From positions 8,068,710 through 8,132,709 of the forward strand of contig CAVNZM010000005.1 of NCBI GenBank assembly GCA_963693365.1: a stretch of DNA of 64,000 nt, read 5' to 3'. The position numbers and the translations under genes were made by a program. Origin of the DNA: Amoebidium appalachense (lineage: Eukaryota > Protista > Ichthyosporea). The notes under the pieces are model-generated. The model was not told the origin of the DNA. It saw nothing but the letters and a program-made list of their open reading frames with translations, and ran no database searches. Of this stretch, positions 1-18,852 are shown piece by piece. Each line of letters begins with the position of its first letter. Position 1 is the stretch's first letter.

Positions 1-5218
<5,218 letters not shown>

Positions 5219-5340
5219 CTGGATTTTCGTGTTTTGTTATGTTTTGTGTGTTTTGTTTATTTTTTCGTTCGTGTTGTGGGAGGGAAGGGGGGGAGGGTAG
5301 GAGGTTGAAGGGGAGGCGGGGAGGGAGAGAGGGGGGGAAA

Positions 5341-5373
<33 letters not shown>

Positions 5374-5615
5374 TAGGAGGCATAGGTGACGTGAAGGAGA
5401 AGCAGAAAAAAGGTAAGTGAGGATAAACTGTGAGGAACTCAACGTAGAAAAGGGGCACCGGGATAAGAGGGTGAAGGGAAGGAGGGAGGGAGAGAGGGAG
5501 GAAAAAAAAAGGGGGGGGGGGGGGGGGGGGGGAAGGAGAAGCAGAATGCGTAAGTGAGGAGAAGCTGTGAGGAACTCAACGTAGAGAAGGGGCACCGGGA
5601 CAAAGACCTTCTCGG

Positions 5616-5776
<161 letters not shown>

Positions 5777-5820
5777 CGAGAGAAGGGGGAGGGGGGGGGG
5801 GGTGCGCGCGCGTGTTTTTT

Positions 5821-5852
<32 letters not shown>

Positions 5853-6217
5853 GGATGGCCGGTGGCCGCAAGGGGGGAGAAAGGAGGGAGGGGGGGGGGG
5901 GGGGGGGGGGGGGGGAGAGAGTGTGTGTGTGTGTGTGTGTGTGACGAGAGAAGGGGGGGAGGGGGGGGTGTGCGTGGTTTTTTTTTTTTTTTTTTTTTTT
6001 TTGGGGGGGGGGGGGGGGGAGGGGGAGGACGGCCGGTGGCTGCCACGGGGAGAAAGGAGGGAGGGAGGGGGGGGGGGGGGGGGTAGGTACAGGAGGAAAG
6101 TCTAAGAGCAGCTCGACGGAGAAAAGGGGCACCGAGATAAAGAATAGAGAACCTATAAGAGATAGAAGGGGAAAGAAAGAGGGAGAGATAGAGAGAGTAA
6201 GGGAGAGAGAGAGAGAG

Positions 6218-6255
<38 letters not shown>

Positions 6256-6384
6256 TGAGGGGGAGGGGGGGGGGGGGGGTTTGTGGAAAGAGCGAGGAGA
6301 GAGACATGGGGAAGAGTGGCATCAATTGGTCTAAAGAAGTAAGAATAAATACATCATACTACGCGAAAGTAGGGTAGAGCATTT

Positions 6385-7377
6385 CTAGTTTTGTGTACTT
6401 GTATGTGTAACGTTTGTAGCATGCAGGTGCACTGCTTTGTTTAGCTTAAAATAACTGCCCATAGCTAAACTTTCACTCCCAGGACACTCAACGTACCATT
6501 CACAGAAGGCCTCGTGGCCGTCCATATCCGTAATGGTGACTGCAAACTCGTTGGCCACTGGCACCCAGTTGTCGGGAACAGCCGGAAGGAAGTCGGTGGC
6601 GGGTAAAGTGATGTCGTACCGAGGGCATTGACGGGTTTCTTTCAACTCTGCTACAACCCCTGACCGCAGGTACAACGGCGCTCCTACCAGAACGAAGTCT
6701 ATGTCAGTGCTGTCTTCAGTCAGGCTAGCTTCGACGATGGACTCGACATGAAGGACGTGGCACTCGAGCAGTGGTTCGTCGCCGGACTGCAGCTGCTGGG
6801 CAATTTGCTCGCACGTTAGGCCCCCTGCTGGCTTCGAAGCCCGATCGTGAAATTGTTTCGAGGCATCTTCATCAACCCAGTAGTAGAGCAAAACGGTGAC
6901 CGGCCGAACGTGGGATCTGTATTCGCCATCATCGCCCATTGCGTCGGAGTTTTCAAACCCCAAAAAGTCGCTGATGCGGGCGTTTCCACCCTGCCGAAGT
7001 ACCAAGCCGTACACCGCTATCCCAAAGGCAAACAGAGAGGGCTCTTCGTCGTTGGGTAACGCTGCCTCGGCTACATCATGGAAAATGCGGGCCACCTTTT
7101 CCGAATCGAACTGCCCGGACAAATTTTTCTGCCCCCGGCGTGGTCTCTTTGTGAGCGTGGCCGTGGGCGTGGGAGTGTCCTCAGCGGGACGCTTGACAGG
7201 GCGCGTGCCGGCGCCTTCACGGACATTTTTAAAGAAGCTATGGTATGAATCTCACCGAAACCACTGCAACTGCAAATGAGGGACAGCGGTGCGCAAGCCG
7301 GCTAAATCCACGAAAGGGTTGTAAGATTCTCAAGCCGACCCGGCGGCGTCAAACTCGGCCCTAACTTCAATGTACAT
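6385..7377 (-). pseudogene. Intronless ~330-codon frame of unknown product with two in-frame TGA stops; possibly the first exon of the ParB-like gene
   Basis: ATG at 7377 is in frame with track ORF 6385..7122. TGA at codons 16 (7330-7332) and 42 (7252-7254). Complex, protein-like composition; no family recognised. Confidence 0.5.
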
Positions 7378-8702
7378 TGTAATAATTTAACAAGGATGTT
7401 TGCATAGTGTTAGAGTATCAAATAGAATTTCATATGTGTCTGCATATGTAGGCATATATTGGTCTACACACATGGCAGTTACTGTATGAGCTGTAAAGGA
7501 TACTCCAATTCTACGGTATGTCAGAGAAATAAATTTCGAGCCCCATATGCTTCTTCATTCTGATTGGCTTTGAATACACATACTGCATGATACAGCATCT
7601 TAGATCTCTGCTTCCTATTGGATGAATGAAATGCACGTCGATCCCGAACCAAATTTCAGCTACTTTAGAGTGCATTCTAAACATCTCTGCTGTCTTCTCG
7701 GACTGAATATCCATTGCCAGAATCAAAGAAATAATAAATAATTTATACATGGAATATTCTAGGCACGCCAATTCTAGTTTTACGGAATAAATGAAGGCTC
7801 GAAAGGTTTGCACGGGTTGGCCTCGTGCGTTCCCATGAGTCTGATTGGTTGGTGGCATAAATCGTGCGAGTTTCCTAGCCGCTACTAGGGTTATGATCAT
7901 GTCAAGGGTGCTTACTAAGTAGATTCCTTCTGATGTACGTTTACTTCCTTTTTATTTTATTTTTTTCACTTCTTTTTTTTTTGTTGTTGTTAATTAGGGT
8001 CTCTAATAACAATGTTTATCTCTTATCATGTGAGTTATTGCAATAATCACTATACTGTCAATAGTCGTGTGTCTTACGATCTGATCATGGCTGAGGAATT
8101 TTGGTAACTTCCACTCTTTGAATGGCGTAGGCTCGGCCAATAAGAAAATGCGAGTTGGCCTTTTGCCACCCCAGCGCCAACTAGGACACATGTTGTCCTA
8201 GCGCGGTGGCAATGTGGCTTTAGGTGTCTTGTTCTTTGTTTGGTTTTTTCCAAAACATGTTCAACAGCAGGAGGTACGGGCTCCATTTTCGTACATCTCC
8301 AGAACTTTTCTACTACAAAATATGTTACGTTGACTCATTTATGCCACAATGACACACTACCATATTTTCACACTTGAAAGATTCCTTTTTATGAACCATT
8401 AGGCACACATTCTGTTGTGCGGCATGTCACCGCGCCAGACTGGATAAAAAATATCCTGCCAATCAAAGCATTGTGTCGAGATCCTACTTGGCTATGTTTG
8501 ACTGGCGAAAGATGCACCAAAACAGATCTGCATGCTCCCAGGGGAACCTGACAACTAGCATTAGCATACATGCGAGAACACCCATGTGCCACACGTACCC
8601 AGTAACGACTTGTGTTTGTGACATTTTCAAGTGCATGGGATTCTAATCTATCGTCTCAAGCATATGAACAGAGGAAATTACGTGTAGGTGAGGGCTTGTA
8701 AA

Positions 8703-9753
8703 ATGGGCCCAATTGTGAGAAGCGGCCCTGTCAGGCCCGTGGGGACATGTCGAAGGCAGGGAGCCCCATTACAAAAAGACACGTTAACCACAGGCCCGAA
8801 CGCTAGAAAAGTTCTTGGCGAGCTACAACAAAACTTCACATCTAACTCAAGTGGTAACAATGCAAATGCAAAACGGGGCAGCATTGTTAATGATGGCTGC
8901 GCACGTGCACGCAAACGCACACGTATTGACACATGCAACAACACAACGTTAGCAAACTGCAACAACCCGGCGAGTACCAGACAAATCAGCAGCAGTCAAT
9001 TAGGTAGTGGCAGTGCGGAGGAGCTTTCTTTTTCAAGAGAAGCAATGGATGCCGAAGAGGAGAATGCAAAAAGATTAATCGAAGAGGTGGAGGCACGGCG
9101 GCAACATGGGGTGGCCAGATCGAAGGCGGCGATGGCTGATAAATTAAAACGTAACCGTGCTGAGGCACAGCAGAGGGACCGAGTTACTACAGGGGCATTC
9201 CCGCCCACGCCCATAGGGTCTGCGCAACCTTTTCTGCCCGACACAAAAAAGAAGTTGTCAGAGGCAGCCATTGAAAGTGTCTTGGCTATGACTTGCAGGT
9301 AAAGAAAAATCACACTTCTGGCGCACATCATCTGAGACGGCGCATGTAAATTGACACTGTTTGAGCTAGCATTCCGTACATTCAATCATTAGTGGAATAC
9401 TAGAGCGGAAGCCCGTGTGTGTGCCACATTCAAGTTCTGGTGCTCGTCAGCTCTGAGCCAACCAGTGGGGGGACTTGCTTCATTCTTACATTGCAGCTGC
9501 CTGTGGAATGCATAATGGGTGAGAAAATACTGTTATAGCTAGCTGTGATAGTATGATGACCGTCACGTAAGGGGTGGTATTGTACAGTATTCATTTGTTC
9601 TCATATGTCCTCCCTACTGCAGGTGCAATGACAACTGCTACGAGAGATTCACGTCAGCGCAGGTGAAAAACCTGAGGACTCGGTGGCTCTGTTTGCCTCC
9701 GTCAGTTCGCAACCAGGCGCTGTTCGACTATATGACCCAGCATTTGTAAGCAG

Positions 9754-9790
<37 letters not shown>

Positions 9791-10411
9791 GAAATTATAC
9801 CCAAATATATCTCTCAAGCCATTTTAACCCAGGCGAGGTAAGGCTAAAACAAGGCTAAAACAAGTACCCCCCCCTTTTTTTATAGATATCCCCCCCCCCC
9901 CCCCCCCCCCCCCCCATCCCCCCTTTTATAGATATCAGGAGTCAATGACATCCTAATACCTTAATGTTGCCGAATACTCGTCTAACGCTTGCCCATTAAA
10001 TGCTCTGCTCACGGACGTACAATATGCAGTTCTTCTATACAGACACTTCTCGGTGCCATTGTGTGCAGTCCGGTATGAAGGGTGAACTCTGCATGCTGAT
10101 GTACATAGATTATGATACTTCCCCTCGGATACAATCTCATCTCACCCCACGTAATTGCTACCATAGGGTGAAGCTTGGCAACAACAGCACGTCCCAGAAC
10201 AAGTCTGGCGTCCAAGCGGGCAAGGTCGAGATACCGTGGATTCTGGACAACACAGGGGTAACCCAAACCCCCCCTCCCCCCCCCCCCCCCTTCCCCCCCG
10301 AAACCCACACACACACACACACACACACGTAGTATACACACGCACCGCACGCACACACGCATGCACGCACGCACGCACGCACACACACACTCAAGCATGC
10401 AAACACACGTG

Positions 10412-10444
<33 letters not shown>

Positions 10445-11603
10445 CAGTGCCACGCACACGCACACACACACACACACACACACGAACACACGAACAGGCA
10501 CACACACACACACACACACACCTCATACGTACAAGCTCACACACATGCCCTCATGCACACATGCCCACACCCACACACCCACGCACCCACGCACCCACCC
10601 ACGCACCCACGCACCCACACAATCAGCATCACACAGGCATATAACACGGCAGCAACTAATGTGGTTGCATCCAGAGTTCGGCACATACTACGCACAGAGT
10701 TCGGCAAACAGTTGTGCTTTTGTGCTGGTCCGGCCACACACACCACCCCAACCGCCAGTTTTTTATTTATTTTTTTTATTTTTATTTTAACACGTTTGGT
10801 TAACGTCATCCACCTGCTGCCGGAAGAGTGCATAGGACACAGTCCCATTAGCTACGTTAGAACACCAACCGCCAGTGACTTATAAATTTTTAAATTTTGG
10901 ATAAAACTTAAAAACTGAGATGTGCATGTGGACAGAAATTTTAAGCGTGTTTATAGGGAGAGAAGGAGAGAGCTCTAGATACACAAGAGGGTCAAAAAGG
11001 GGGACCGGGCCTGGACCACGTGATGGCTTCGTTGATGCTCATGCCAACACATGACGGTTGCCACGCGCGTGCAAATCTGAGAGAGAGAGAGAGAGGGAGA
11101 GAGAGGGGGAGAGAGAGAGAGGGGGGGGGGGGAGAGAGAGAGAGAGTGTGTGTGTGTGTGTGTGTGTTGGGTGGGGGGGGGGGGGGGGGGGGGGGAAGGG
11201 CTATTCGTTGGCAAGAGCCAGGAGAGACAGGGGGAAGAGTGGTGTCTATTGGTCTAATAAAGTAATGATGAATACCGGAGGGGGGGGGGGGGGGGATGGG
11301 GGATTGGGGCGGGGGGGGGGGGGGGGGGGGGAAAGGGGGAGGAAAGAACGGGAGGGGAGGGGGGGGGGGGGGGGAGGCGAGGTCTGCCAGGCATAGAGAG
11401 GGAGATGCAGACAGAGGGGGAGGGGGGGAGGGAGGAGGTGAATACCGGAGGGGGGGGGGGGGATGGGGGATTGGGGGGGGGGGGGGGGGGGGGGGGGAGG
11501 AGGGGGAGGAAAGAACGGGAGGGGAGGGGGGGGGGGGGGGGGGGCGAGGTCTGCCAGGCATAGAGAGGGAGATGCAGACAGAGGGGGGGGGGGGGGAGGG
11601 AGG

Positions 11604-11657
<54 letters not shown>

Positions 11658-12523
11658 GATGGGGGCAGGAAGGCCGGGGGAGGAGCGGGCCCGGGTGGGG
11701 AGAGCATGGAATGATAACATGTGTGAAGGAGCAGCGAGGTCGGTGAGGAAGAAGGGGAGGGGGGGGAGGGGAACAAGGTTAAGAAAAACAATACACCAAA
11801 TGACCTCCCCCCCCCCCCCCCCCCCCCCCCCCCGCCCACCGCCCCCTCCCCCTCCCCATCCCATTCATTTCATCCCAGATCTGCCAAGAAGCATTCATCA
11901 ACATCATGGGAATGTGCCGAAACACGTTCATGGCCAGAAAGAATGAATTCCTACAAGGAGCTCGGTTTTACGTACATGGCAACACCGGTGAAGGCAACAT
12001 CTCTTTGGCGGTGGAGAGATTTATTGCCTGGTTTTCCGAATTCATCGACCTCATCGGTCAGTTGATGCCCGACACGTCTACGATACGCTTGCCGCCCGCT
12101 TACACCAAGGAAGAGATCTGGATGGAGTACGTCAGGGTGTGTATTTCATATATACCCCCCCCCCCCCCCCCCCCCCCCCCAAACCACATCTCAATGCATA
12201 CACCTACACGCACGTACATACGCACACACGCAACTACGTACACGGAATTACACACACATGCACACATGCACACATGCACACCGTTCTACACACACATACA
12301 CACATACACGAACACGTATTATAAACATGCACGCTAACACATGCACAAGCATACACTGCTGGGCACAGCCACCCACCCACCCACCCGCTCACCTGCTAAA
12401 CCTCATTCCCACACACAAACACACCCATAAACTGTCAGAGAGAGAGAGACACCGACCCCCCCCCCCCCCCCCCCCCCAACCCACACAGGCGCATGCAGCA
12501 TCATATTGCTTCACATTACCTTA

Positions 12524-12555
<32 letters not shown>

Positions 12556-13991
12556 TCTCGAACACAAAATCAATAGAACACAAACACACACACCCACACC
12601 CACCCACCCACCACCCCACCCACCCGCAGCCACACCCCTACACTCACACCCACACCCAAACCCACACCCACATACGTATATAATTTGCTCTCCCCCCTCC
12701 CCCCCTCCCCCCTCCCCCCCCACAAGCACTCCTGCATATATGGTACAATGCAACCAAGGAAGCCCACGAACACACAAGCACAGGAAAACATGGCTGGGCA
12801 TTCAGACACACCCACCCGCAAACCCACCCACCCATCCACCAATCTACCCAAACAACCAAATTCCCGCGGGTCCACACACTCACTCATAAATCCACCTATT
12901 CACGAAACTTGCTTTATCTCACTCAGTGTCACCTGTTTAACCTCATTACCCAGATACAAACACACCCAGGCACACACAGAGAGATACCAACCCACACAAT
13001 GCCGTCCACCCACCCACACAGGCACATCCATCACAATGTCATATTGACCCACACTGCCTTACCCATGCCTTCACCATCGAAGCACACGTGGCATGCAATG
13101 GTGCACGTGAAACCCCACTCCCCCCCCCCCCCCCCATCCCCCCCCCTCCTTCCCTCCCCCCCCTCCCCCCCCCCCCCCCCCCCCCCCCCCCCAACCGAAC
13201 AACACACAAGCACTATGGCATCCTTATCAACATGCATACATACATAAACAACCTTTTGAAACACAAGCGTGTGACATGCATTTTATCGTACATTATTAAC
13301 TTTTACAACCAGCACACTGCAACTCAGGAGGTTATGCACACACACATACACACATACCCACACACACACACAAACTTCAAACGACACACACATGCAATCA
13401 CACACCACACAGCACATTACACATGTCCCTATTACCATCGAAGCAACACCCAAACACCCAAACAAACAAAGGGACATCCATTACGAAACACAAACACACA
13501 CACACACAGGCACACAAGCACATACACACGTACACACGCACAGTGTCAGGCACACACACATGCAAGGGCACCCACACACATACACACACGAAAACATCCA
13601 TCCAAAACTCCACATTCGAAACACAACCTCTATTCTACCCATACAGATATTGTTACATAAATACTGACCTACGTCCGCTTGGAAAACACAGGATATCACA
13701 GCCGAGGACACAGCCAACCAAGAAGAATTCGAGGCACGGTGGGCACAGCTCCATCCCGATTTCGACGAACAGGAACATGTACTTGGCCCCGACCAGGCAC
13801 GTCTCTCTCCCCCCTCTGTGTGGCTGTGTACATGTGTGTGTACGTGTGTGCTTGTGTGTGTGTATGTGTTTTTTTTTTTTTTTGGGGGGGGGGGGGGGGG
13901 GGGAGGGGGGGATGTGGAGGAAGACAACAGGGTGGGCAGTTTAAGCATGTGTGTGAGAATGTGTGCGTGTATGGGTACGTGTGTGCATGCT

Positions 13992-14066
<75 letters not shown>

Positions 14067-14301
14067 TGGAGAACTTGGGAGGGGGGAGGGGGGGGGGGGC
14101 AAGCACTGCAATGTTGAGTACATTGGGGCAAACAGAGTGTATACCGAGGGAGAGGGGGGCAGGGGGGGGGATAATGGGCCAAACCTGTCCATCTTCCGTA
14201 TTTGGGATAGTATACGTCGTAATGTAGCCTGACATCCTGACATCATGTGAGGTATGCAGCATAACATGCACCTCCATGCAACCCTACTTCTTAAGCGCCT
14301 A

Positions 14302-14384
<83 letters not shown>

Positions 14385-14467
14385 CGTGTGTGTTACAGTA
14401 TGTGTACGTCAGAATGTGTAGGCGAATTGGTATGTGAGCATACGTGCATGAAATCGTGTAAACCCCC

Positions 14468-14508
<41 letters not shown>

Positions 14509-15080
14509 GGGGGAAGGCAGAACAACAAGAACAACAACAACAAAAAAAAACACCCCGCCTACACCTTACTGACAGAGAGAAAAAAACCCACACTAATCGA
14601 TCTTCACACCTTCCAGACTGCCTCAGGCCACAAGCGCAAACGGCAAGCACGGGTAACAGACAAGGGCTACCTTGATCAAGAGGGGTTTCACGCAGCCTGG
14701 AGAACCCATTTCAAGGGTGTAAGTTTAAGCACCGAGACCACCAACTTCGTCAAATGTGAGTACTGCTGCATTCTCAAGGCCCGCCTCAAGCTGGCCACCA
14801 CCAATGCTGCAAGGATCCACATCCGTGAACTGCGGGAGGCACACATCAATCTCCAAAGGCTGGTGGCCCCCCTCTCCCCCCCCCCCCCCCCCCCCCCCCC
14901 CCCCACCCACCCACCAAACGCCATCACCACCACCACCATCATTACGTGCACGGCACACACATACACAAAACCTTTACAACATCACACCTGACAACATCTT
15001 CCAAAGTAAACACCCACGCACGCACATTCACACACACACACACACACACACAAACAAGCATGCACACCTGCACACTCCCG

Positions 15081-15171
<91 letters not shown>

Positions 15172-15300
15172 CCACAACCACACAGTCCGCCTCCCCCTCC
15201 CCCCTCCCCCCATCCCCCCTCACACACACACACACAGTCACATGTTCTCGTGGAGGAGGGCAAAGAAAGGGGGGAGGGGGGGGGGGGCAGCGGTGTTGTG

Positions 15301-15387
<87 letters not shown>

Positions 15388-15569
15388 GCGTGTGTGTGTG
15401 GTTGCGTGCGCGCATGCACGTGTGCGCAAGCACTTGGACTTCCCTCCCCCCCCCCCAAACACCATCACCACCACCACCATCATTACATGCACGGCACACG
15501 CATACACACAACCTCTAAAACAACACACCTGACAACCTGTTCCAAAATAAACACCCACGCACGCACATT

Positions 15570-15619
<50 letters not shown>

Positions 15620-15683
15620 TGCACACCCGCACACCCGCACGTACCACACATGCACACACACAACCACAACCACACAGTCTTCC

Positions 15684-15717
<34 letters not shown>

Positions 15718-15798
15718 ACTTGAACAAAACACACACACATAGTCATGTTTTCGTGGAGGAGGGAAAAAAAAGGGGGGAGCTTGGGTAGTGGCGTTGTG

Positions 15799-15869
<71 letters not shown>

Positions 15870-18018
15870 ACGTGTGTGCGCAAGCACTTGCAAGTGACTG
15901 TGTGTACGTGTGTGCCTGCGCGTAGGGTATTTGGGTTGGTATTTGGGTTTGTATCTGGCGACATCACATGTATTTCAAATCACCGCATCGCGCACATCTC
16001 TTTGGTAGCAACTTCCTGCAATCAAAGTATGTCACTATATACATACACATATTCGCAACTAGAGTGCATGAAACCGCACAGCTTTGTCGTACACACACAT
16101 ATTCGCAATTATTAGAGTGCATGAAACCGCACAGTTGTGTCGTACAGCCATTGAAGATAAACGAGTGACGTCATCCTAGTACCAACTAGGATGACGTCAT
16201 CCTAGTTGTAACTAGGATATATTGTCCTAGTTGTAACTAGGATCCAGAGTCCTAGTTGTGATTAGGATCGGGTCTCCTGGTTGACACTAGGATTATGATC
16301 CTCCTAACCATATATATAGTGATTGACCATGAGATGTCACAGAAAGGAGAGAGAGAGCTATTACCAGCATCGGTCAGCTGCAATTCGGGAGCCACACAAG
16401 TACATGAGTGTCATCGTTGACTCAATGGACCAAGCAAAATCCGAAATCCCGAACGTACATTGGAACTCCAAAGCCGCGAGCTCGATTCCCAAGAAGGCCG
16501 TTCGGATAACCAGTGTCCTCGTTCATGGCCGCACCCTCTACACAATCGTGGATGAGCACGGTCGCAAGGGTGCCAATGTCCAAATCGCGGCACTCACGTT
16601 GGCAATCGAGCGTGAATTGGAGATACGGGGCTCGTTGCCAGAGACGTTGTACGTGCAAATGGATAACGCCTCCGAGAATCATTGCAACGCAATGATGCAA
16701 TTTTTTGAATTACTCGTTTCTAGGGGTGTGTTCACCACTGTGGAGTGTTCGTTCCTTCTTCCGGGACATACGCACGAGGATATCGATGGCCGCTTTCGGG
16801 GATTCAACCATTACCTGACTGAGCAACCGCCGCGGACTGTTCCCGATTTGATGGAGACTTTGAAAAAGCGACCAAGATCGAAAGATTTAGCGCCGTATAT
16901 TCGCCAAAGAGGGAGAGTGGTGGAGCCTCCTGAGGTGCACAATGTACAAGCCATTCCAGAGTTCACAGAGTGGTTAGGCCCCTTGCGCCGATCCCCTGTC
17001 GTACTTCGCAAAATGGCGATGCTTCCGATGGATCAAACTGGACACTGGCGTAAAATTTGAGGTTCGGCGACTTGCCAGCCAAGGCGAGTGGATAGAATGT
17101 AGAGGTTCGCGTAAGGCTCTTCTTCACACGCTCCCCAACCAGCCTGCATCGATGTCAATCAAGGTGAACCAAGGGTCGTCTATTCAGCCTTTTCCGATTT
17201 GGCTACGCGAACAATGGGGCACACTTGGAAGTATGCTTGAGCGATTGGCTAAGGACAATGTATTTTTGGACCCTGATGGAGAGCACCTGGAGTGGTGGAA
17301 GGAGCAAGCGCAGAGTGCCGGATATGATACAGTGACAGGCGAGTTCACGCAACCTGCGCCGGCATTCGAAAATGTCATTACGTTTCCCTTTCGGCTGGTT
17401 AGCGATTTGACATCCAATCGATCATACCCGCGACCGCCCCCTCCAGGTCTTCCGGCCATCCCGGACGAACTTGAAGATCCGAACAACAGAGATGGAGATG
17501 ACTGCGACATACCGTGCATTGGGGCTGACGGTAGGAGGGAAAGGCGCCAAATCGTAAAATTTACAAACCCGGGTGCTCCCAACGAAAATGATTTTGTGTT
17601 GGTGCACACTTGGGACGACACACAGAATACTCCCGGATCAGACTACTTGGGGGAATTTTGTGTGGCGAAAGTAATTCATATTGAAAATCCAGAGGCCCTA
17701 CCGGCTGATAGAACTTTTTGGGTGCATTGGTGGTGTCCTGATGGTGTGGCTAGTGATCTGAGATATGACGCAAAACTGCAACCTATGTTTATTCACAAGG
17801 AAGATCCTGCAAGGCAGACTTCCACTACCTTTCCAGTTTTGACTTGCACAGATAAAAGTTTTCAGGGGTTCTATAGGCCGAATGTACAGAAGGAGCAGTT
17901 AAAGGAATATGTTCAATGGATAGACCCTGTGAAATTCGAGAATATGTGTGGGACGATTTCTACCGGAAGTAGTTTTCTTGGAAAATCGGGTAAGGGTAAC
18001 AGGTTCAATGTTGTTTAA
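8703..18018 (+). CDS. Multi-exon Sola-like (DUF7869-type) DDD transposase, one homopolymer frameshift
   Basis: Exons 8703-9298, 9623-9745, 10167-10257, 11879-12136, (unresolved exon(s) near 13.7-14.2 kb), 14696-14858 (GC donor), 16343-18018. Motifs: ICQEAF..G..HGN..W..G.LMP..LP, W..F..FVKCEYC..H..Q|[37 protein letters not shown]. Removing one A from AAAA at ~17010-17013 fuses ORFs 16323..17060 and 17152..18018 (..[11 protein letters not shown]..). Confidence 0.8.
14926..15890. repeat. ~540-bp tandem duplication in a transposase intron
   Basis: caccaccaccatcattac.tgcacggcacac starts at ~14926 and ~15466; both copies end in gtgcgcaagcacttg. Confidence 0.85.
16174..16292. repeat. Array of five 18-bp palindromes (consensus TCCTAGTTGTAACTAGGA) at 25-26 bp period
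   Basis: Units at 16174, 16200, 16225, 16250, 16275, separated by different 7-8 bp spacers. TGACGTCA at 16166-16173 and 16192-16199. Confidence 0.9.
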
Positions 18019-18588
18019 ATCTCAATTAATGGCATTGCTCGAATTAAGCAAATCGGAGGTCAAGCGGGGTTTGGAAAAATAATAGTACTGAACAAAAGTA
18101 AGAATCTTATCCATGTTTTAGCAAACACTTCTAAATTTTCGTAAAGTCTGATTGGTGTGAATGACGCATGGCTGTGCCAACCCATAATATTATAGCCTCA
18201 GGCATTGCCGGCAACTTATTTTTGACCCAAAATTGCAAAAATAAAACGGCAGAAATCGCTGCACGTGTCCATTATCTCAAAAGTCCTAAGTACCCTCCTC
18301 ACAATACATATAAGCATACACACACGCGAGCAGGCAACATGGGTCTCGCCAAGCACACAGCAAGAAGCAATACAACATTTAACATGGAGAGTACGCAGAG
18401 GCATGGTGCATGCACGCGCGCACCTTTAACAATCAGCCGCCGCCGCATCAGGTTCTCCCCATACCACTGATTAATCTCCTCATACCCCACTTAGACCCCG
18501 GCATCACTATGCAAGAAAACCCCCGAAATTCACTCACCAAAACACGAATTATAGAAGCAAACTAATACGAATCAGCTCAGCACATGAC

Positions 18589-18715
18589 AGACTCTTCTAG
18601 ATCTATCCTGATCTATCGTGAACCTATCCACCAGTTTATCCCGAATATCTCGAATATTCCCGATCACTAGTGCTACGCTAACGCAGGGCATACCGGATGG
18701 CTATCCTGTTCGACA
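18589..18715 (-). repeat. Truncated 3' LTR of the copia element (127 bp)
   Basis: Identical to 23213-23339; preceded on the minus strand by the purine tract AAGTGGGGG (18724-18716). Confidence 0.9.
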
Positions 18716-18852
18716 CCCCCACTTGCACTGTGTTCTATCTATGTACCGCATGCAACCTAAACCTAAGATGCAACTCTAAAACTATGCTACTATACTAACA
18801 CATATAACACCTACTACACGAACATTAACACTACACTAATTGTAGTTCTTAC

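Noticed and set aside
16174-16292. CRISPR-like repeat-spacer pattern
   Set aside because: Spacers are only 7-8 bp, the context is a eukaryotic intron, and there are no cas genes.
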